Part shown: piece by piece, positions 57,301 to 64,000 of the stretch
How the letters are laid out: every line of letters begins with the position of its first letter
Numbering within the stretch: position 1 is the first letter of the stretch
From: the human T2T-CHM13v2.0 reference genome, Homo sapiens
Length of the DNA: 64,000 nt
Assembly: GCF_009914755.1 (NCBI RefSeq)
Contig: NC_060939.1
Direction: 5' to 3' (one strand)
Translations under genes and position numbers: made by a program
The notes under the pieces: model-generated
Database searches by the model: none
What the model saw: only the letters and a program-made list of their open reading frames with translations
Told to the model about the DNA's origin: nothing

Positions 57301-60300
57301 TTTGAGTCCATTCTATATGATTCCATTCCATTCAAGTCCATTACATTTGGTTCAATTCCATTCCATTCCATTCCCTTCCATTCCATTCCAGTTGATATCA
57401 ATCCATTCGATTCCATTCCATTCGAGCACATTCCATTTGAGTCCATTCCATTCGATGCCATTCCATTTGATTCTATTCCATTAGTCTCCATTCAATTCCA
57501 TTAATCTCCATTCCATTCCATTCTACTCCAACTGATTCCATTCCATTCTATTCCTTTCCATTCCATTTCATTCCATTCCATTCCATTTCATTCCATTCCA
57601 TTCCATTCGCTTCCATTCCATTCGTGTCCATTCCACTCCAGTCCATTCCATTCGTGTCCATTCCATTCCAGTCCATTCCATTTGTGTCCACTGCATTCCA
57701 TTCCACTCCATTCCATATTATTCCATTACACTCCATTCCATTCTATTACTTTCATTTCCATTCAATTCCATTCCATTTGATTCCATTCCACTCGGTTTCA
57801 TTCCATTTGAGTCCACTCCATTCCATTCCATTCCATTCAGTTCCATTCCATTCTGTTCCATTCCATTCCGTTCCATTGCATTCCATTCCATTCGGTACCA
57901 TTCCATATTTTTCCATTCGATTCCATTCGAATCCATTCCATTCCAGTCCATTCCATTCGATTCCATTCCATTCATTTCAATTCCATTCCATTCCATTCCA
58001 TTCCATTCCATTACATTCCACTTGATTCCTCTCCATTCCCTTCCACTGCATTCCGTTCGATTCCATTCCATTGCATTGCATTCCATTCCATTGGATTGCA
58101 TTCCATTCGATTCCATTCCATTCGAATCAATTACATAGCAATCCATTGCATTCGAGTCTATTCTATTCCGTTCCATTCGATTTCGTTCCAATCCATTCGA
58201 TTCCATTCCATTCGATTCCATTCCATACTATTGCATTCCATTCGATTACATTATATTCGAATAAGTTCCATTCAAGACCATTTCTTTTGAGTCCATTCTA
58301 TTTGAGTCCATTCCCTTTGATTCCATAACATTTGAGTCCATTCAATTCCATTCCTTTCGTTTCCATTCCATTTGATGCCATTCCATTCAATTCTGTTCTA
58401 CTCGACTCCAATACATTCAATTCCATTCCATCCGATTCCATTACATTCTTTTCATTTCTTATCCATTTCAAGCCATTCCACTCCATTCCATTCCACTCGT
58501 TTCCTTTCCATTCGAGTCCATTCCTCTCCAGTCCATTCCGTTCAATCCATTCCATTCCAGTCCATTCCATTCGAGTCCGTTCCATTCCAGTCCAATCCAT
58601 TCGAGTCAATTCCATCCCATTCGATGTCTTTCCATAACGATCCATTCCATTCTATTCCTTTCGATTCCATTCCATTCTATTTCATTCCATTCGATTCCCT
58701 TCCATTGGACTCCTTTCCATTCGAGTGCATTCCATTCCGTTCCATTTCTTTCCGTTCTGTACGATTCCTACCGTTCGATTTCATTTTGTTCCAGTCCATT
58801 CCTTTCGCGTCCATTCCATTCCATTTCACTCCATTCGATTCCATTCCACTCGATTCCACTTCGTTCCATTTCATTGCATTCCATTCTATTCAACTCTATT
58901 GCCTTCCATTCCATTCCATTCGATTACATTCCATGCGATTCCATTCGAAATCGAATCAATTACATTGCAATCCATTACTATTGAGTCCATTTTATTCCAG
59001 TCCACTGCATTCTGGTCCATTCCATATGATTCCATTCCATTCTATTCCATTCCATACAGTTGCGTTCCATTGGATTCCATTCTATATCTATAAATTCAAT
59101 TGGAGACCATTGCTTTTGAGTCCATTCTATATGATTCCATTCCATTCAAGTCCATTACATTTGGTTCAATTCCATTCCATTCCATTCCCTTCCATTCCAT
59201 TCCAGTTGATATCAATCCATTCGATTCCATTCCATTCGAGCACATTCCATTCGAGTCCATTCCATTCGATGCCATTCCATTTGATTCTATTCCATTAGTC
59301 TCCATTCAATTCCATTGATCTCCATTCCATTCCATTCTACTCCAACTGATTCCATTCCATTCTATTCCTTTCCATTCCATTTCATTCCATTCCATTCCAT
59401 TTCATTTCATTCCATTCCATTCGCTTCCATTCCATTCGTGTCCATTCCACTCCAGTCCATTCCATTTGTGTCCACTGCATTCCATTCCACTCCATTCCAT
59501 ATTATTCCATTACACTCCATTCCATTCTATTACTTTCATTTCCATTCAATTCCATTCCATTTGATTCCATTCCACTCGGTTTCATTCCATTTGAGTCCAC
59601 TCCATTCCATTCCATTCCATTCCATTCAGTTCCATTCCATTCCGTTCCATTGCATTCCATTCCATTCGGTACCATTCCATATTGTTCCATTCGATTCCAT
59701 TCGAATCCATTCCATTCCAGTCCATTCTATTCGATTCCATTCCATTCCTTTCAATTCCATTCCATTCCATTCCATTCCACTTGATTCCACTCCATTCCCT
59801 TCCACTGCATTCCATTCGATTCCATTCCATTGCATTGCATTCCATTCCATTGGACTGCATTCCATTCGATTCGATTCCATTCGAATCAATTACATAGCAA
59901 TCCATTACATTCGAGTCTATTCTATTCCGTTCCATTCGATTTCGTTCCAATCCATTCGATTCCATTCCATTCGATTCCATTCCATACTATTGCATTCCAT
60001 TCTATTACATTATATTCGAATAATTTCCATTCAAGACCATTTCTTTTGAGTCCATTCTATTTGAGTCCATTCCCTTTGATTCCATAACATTTGAGTCCAT
60101 TCAATTCCATTCCTTTCGTTTGCATTCCATTTGATGCCATTCCATTCAATTCTGTTCTACTCGACTCCAATACATTCAATTCCATTCCATCCGATTCCAT
60201 TACATTCTTTTCATTTCTTATCCATTTCAAGCCATTCCACTCCATTCCATTCCACTCGTTTCCTTTCCTTTCGAGTCCATTCCTCTCCAGTCCATTCCGT

Positions 60301-60850
60301 TCAATCCATTCCATTCCAGTCCATTCCATTCGAGTCCGTTCCATTCCAGTCCATTCCATTCGAGTCAATTCCATTCCATTCGATGTCTTTCCATAACGAT
60401 CCATTCCATTCTATTCCTTTCGATTCCATTCCATTCTATTTCATTCCATTCGATTCCCTTCCATTGGACTCCTTTCCATTCGAGTGCATTCCATTCCGTT
60501 CCATTTCTTTCCGTTCTGTACGATTCCTACCGTTCGATTTCATTTTGTTCCAGTCCATTCCTTTCGCGTCCATTCCATTCCATTTCACTCCATTCGATTC
60601 CATTCCACTCGATTCCACTTCGTTCCATTTCATTGCATTCCATTCTATTCAACTCTATTGCCTTCCATTCCATTCCATTCGATTACATTCCATGCGATTC
60701 CATTCGAAATCGAATCAATTACATTGCAATCCATTACTATTGAGTCCGTTTTATTCCAGTCCACTGCATTCTGGTCCATTCCATTTGATTCCATTCCATT
60801 TTATTCCATTCCATACAGTTGCATTCCATTGGATTCCATGCTGTATCTAT
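54400..60850 (+). repeat. Local higher-order repeat: 3573-bp dimer, ~2 copies
   Basis: Anchors are 54799/58372 and 56558/60131. The copies share CATATGATTCC, CAATTGGAGACC, GATTCGATTCC, GAATAATTTCC, TTTCCTTTCGAG and a 1759-bp unit lacking a 30-bp and a 15-bp segment. Confidence 0.85.
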
Positions 60851-63800
60851 AAATTCAATTCGAGACCATTGCTTTTGAGTCCATTCTATATGTTTCCATT
60901 CCATTCAAGTCCATTACATTTGTTTCAATTCCATTCCATTCCATTCCCTTCCATTCCATTCCAGTTGATATCAATCCATTCGATTCCATTCCATTCGAGC
61001 ACATTCCATTCGAGTCCATTCCATTCGATGCCATTCCATTTGATTTTATTCCATTAGTCTCCATTCAATTCCATTAATCTCCATTCCATTCCATTCTACT
61101 CCAACTGATTCCATTCCATTCTATTCCTTTCCATTCCATTTCATTCCATTCCATTCCATTTCATTCCATTCCATTCCATTCGCTTCCATTCCATTCGTGT
61201 CCATTCCACTCCAGTCCATTCCATTTGTGTCCACTGCATTCCATTCCACTCCATTCCATATTATTCCATTACACTCCATTCCATTCTATTACTTTCATTT
61301 CCATTCAATTCCATTCCATTTGATTCCATTCCACTCGGTTTCATTCCATTTGAGTCCACTCCATTCCATTCCATTCCATTCCATTCACTTCCATTCTATT
61401 CTGTTCCATTCCATTCCGTTCCATTGCATTCCATTCCATTCGGTACCATTCCATATTGTTCCATTCGATTCCATTCGAATCCATTCCATTCCACTCCATT
61501 CCATTCGATTCCATTCCATTCCTTTCCATTCCATTCCATTCCATTCCATTCCATTCCACTTGATTCCACTCCATTCCCTTCCACTGCATTCCATTCGATT
61601 CCATTCCATTGCATTGCATTCCATTCCATTGGACTGCATTCCATTCGATTCCATTCCATTCGAATCAATTACATAGCAATCCATTACATTCGAGTCTATT
61701 CTATTCCGTTCCATTCGATTTCATTCCAATCCATTCGATTCCATTCCATTCGATTCCATTCCATACTATTGCATTCCATTCGATTACATTATATTCGAAT
61801 AAGTTCCATTCAAGACCATTTCTTTTGAGTCCATTCTATTTGAGTCCATTCCCTTTGATTCCATAACATTTGAGTCCATTCAATTCCATTCCTTTCGTTT
61901 CCATTCCATTTGATGCCATTCCATTCAATTCTGTTCTACTCGACTCCAATACATTCAATTCCATTCCATCCGATTCCATTACATTCTTTTCATTTCTTAT
62001 CCATTTCAAGCCATTCCACTCCATTCCATTCCACTCGTTTCCTTTCCATTCGAGTCCATTCCTCTCCAGTCCATTCCGTTCAATCCATTCCATTCCAGTC
62101 CATTCCATTCGAGTCCGTTCCATTCCAGTCCATTCCATTCGAGTCAATTCCATCCCATTCGATGTCTTTCCATAACGATCCATTCCATTCTATTCCTTTC
62201 GATTCCATTCCATTCTATTTCATTCCATTCGATTCCCTTCCATTGGACTCCTTTCCATTCGAGTGCATTCCATTCCTTTCCATTTCTTTCCGTTCTGTAC
62301 GATTCCTACCGTTCGATTTCATTTTGTTCCAGTCCATTCCTTTCGCGTCCATTCCATTCCATTTCACACCATTCGATTCCATTCCACTCGATTCCACTTC
62401 GTTCCATTTCATTGCATTCCATTCTATTCAACTCTATTGCCTTCCATTCCATTCCATTCGATTACATTCCATGCGATTCCATTCGAAATCGAATCAATTA
62501 CATTGCAATCCATTACTATTGAGTCCATTTTATTCCAGTCCACTGCATTCTGGTCCATTCCATTTGATTCCATTCCATTCTATTCCATTCCATACAGTTG
62601 CATTCCATTGGATTCCATTCTACATCTATAAATTCAATTCGAGACCATTGCTTTTGAGTCCATTCTATATGATTCCATTCCATTCAAGTCCATTACATTT
62701 GGTTCAATTCCATTCCATTCCATTCCCTTCCATTCCATTCCAGTTGATATCAATCCATTCGATTCCATTCCATTCGAGCACATTCCATTCGAGTCCATTC
62801 CATTCGATGCCATTCCATTTGATTCTATTCCACTAGTCTCCATTCAATTCCATTAATCTCCATTCCATTCCATTCTACTCCAACTGATTCCATTCCATTA
62901 TATTCCTTTCCATTCCATTTCATTCCATTCCATTCCATTTCATTCCATTCCATTCCATTCGCTTCCATTCCATTCGTGTCCATTCCACTCCAGTCCATTC
63001 CATTCGTGTCCATTCCATTCCAGTCCATTCCATTTCTGTCCACTGCATTCCATTCCACTCCATTCCATATTATTCCATTACACTCCATTCCATTCTATTA
63101 CTTTCATTTCCATTCAATTCCATTCCATTTGATTCCATTCCACTCGGTTTCATTCCATTTGAGTCCACTCCATTCCATTCCATTCCATTCCATTCAGTTC
63201 CATTCCATTCTGTTCCATTCCATTCCGTTCCATTGCATTCCATTCCATTCGGTACCATTCCATATTGTTCCATTCGATTCCATTCGAATCCATTCCATTC
63301 CAGTCCATTCCATTCGATTCCATTCCATTCCTTTCAATTCCATTCCATTCCATTCCATTCCACTTGATTCCACTCCATTCCCTTCCACTGCATTCCATTC
63401 GATTCCATTCCATTGCATTGCATTCCATTCCATTGGACTGCATTCCATTCGATTCCATTCCATTCGAATCAATTACATAGCAATCCATTACATTCAAGTC
63501 TATTCTATTCCGTTCCATTCGATTTCGTTCCAATCCATTCGATTCCATTCCATTCGATTCCATTCCATACTATTGCATTCCATTCGATTACATTATATTC
63601 GAATAAGTTCCATTCAAGACCATTTCTTTTGAGTCCATTCTATTTGAGTCCATTCCCTTTGATTCCTTATCATTTGAGTCCATTCAATTCCATTCCTTTC
63701 GTTTGCATTCCATTTGATGCCATTCCATTCAATTCTGTTCTACTCGACTCCAATACATTCAATTCCATTCCATCCGATTCCATTACATTCTTTTCATTTC

Positions 63801-64000
63801 TTATCCATTTCAAGCCATTCCACTCCATTCCATTCCACTCGTTTCCTTTCCTTTCGAGTCCATTCCTCTCCAGTCCATTCCGTTCAATCCATTCCATTCC
63901 AGTCCATTCCATTCGAGTCCGTTCCATTCCAGTCCATTCCATTCGAGTCAATTCCATTCCATTCGATGTCTTTCCATAATGATCCATTCCATTCTATTCC

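Larger units (their letters stand above)
1..64000 (+). repeat. Human-type Satellite III (HSat3) array, (CATTC)n-derived, ~1.8 kb tandem unit, ~35.6 copies, single orientation
   Basis: CATTC pentamers and single-base variants (GATTC, CACTC, CAGTC, GAGTC, TATTC) fill the window end to end. Landmark motifs (CGGTACC, GAATAAGTTCC, CATAACGATCC, CTGTACGATTCCTACCG, TATCTATAAATT, GTTGATATCAAT) recur every ~1.8 kb. Long CATTC runs with no CATTCGATGATGATT-type HSat2 signature indicate HSat3 rather than HSat2. Confidence 0.98.

Noticed and set aside
295-63987. Numerous MEWNG/MESNG minus-strand ORFs
   Set aside because: They are a direct translation of (GGAAT)n, a well-known source of spurious 'hypothetical proteins'.
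1-64000. CRISPR-like or other repeat-spacer array
   Set aside because: There are no unique spacers and no cas-like genes; the sequence between landmarks is itself repeated.
1-64000. Embedded transposon, unique-sequence island or strand inversion
   Set aside because: All 35 inter-anchor distances are 1759-1819 bp, leaving no room for an insertion, and no GAATG-oriented tract is seen on the + strand.
1-64000. Assignment to HSat2 (chr1 1.77-kb unit) or DYZ1 (3.56-kb Y unit)
   Set aside because: The array lacks the HSat2 GATGAT-type motifs. The basic period is 1.8 kb with adjacent units nearly identical, unlike the DYZ1 unit.

Overview
The whole 64 kb window is one uninterrupted tandem array of primate classical satellite DNA, human-type Satellite III (HSat3). 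It is a diverged (CATTC)n/(GAATG)n pentamer with CATTC always on the + strand. The pentamers are organised into about 35.6 copies of a ~1.8 kb unit (1759-1819 bp). Each unit carries one KpnI site (GGTACC, 36 sites from 396 to 63251) and one EcoRV-centred palindrome. This matches the classic 1.8-kb KpnI satellite III family D15Z1 of chromosome 15p heterochromatin; that assignment is from recalled literature and was not checked by alignment. I see no credible gene, RNA gene, transposon, CRISPR array or inversion, and every ORF in the track is explained by translating the pentamer. I found no support for a new gene-encoded system. The informative signal is the array's architecture. The unit is itself an old ~0.83+0.97 kb dimer with three fixed pentamer-phase slips. 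All length variation comes in multiples of 5 bp and is confined to one half of the unit. Two unit subtypes (A/B) alternate in parts of the array, and there are nested local higher-order duplications (1-, 2-, 3- and 4-unit periods) with readable chimeric crossover units.
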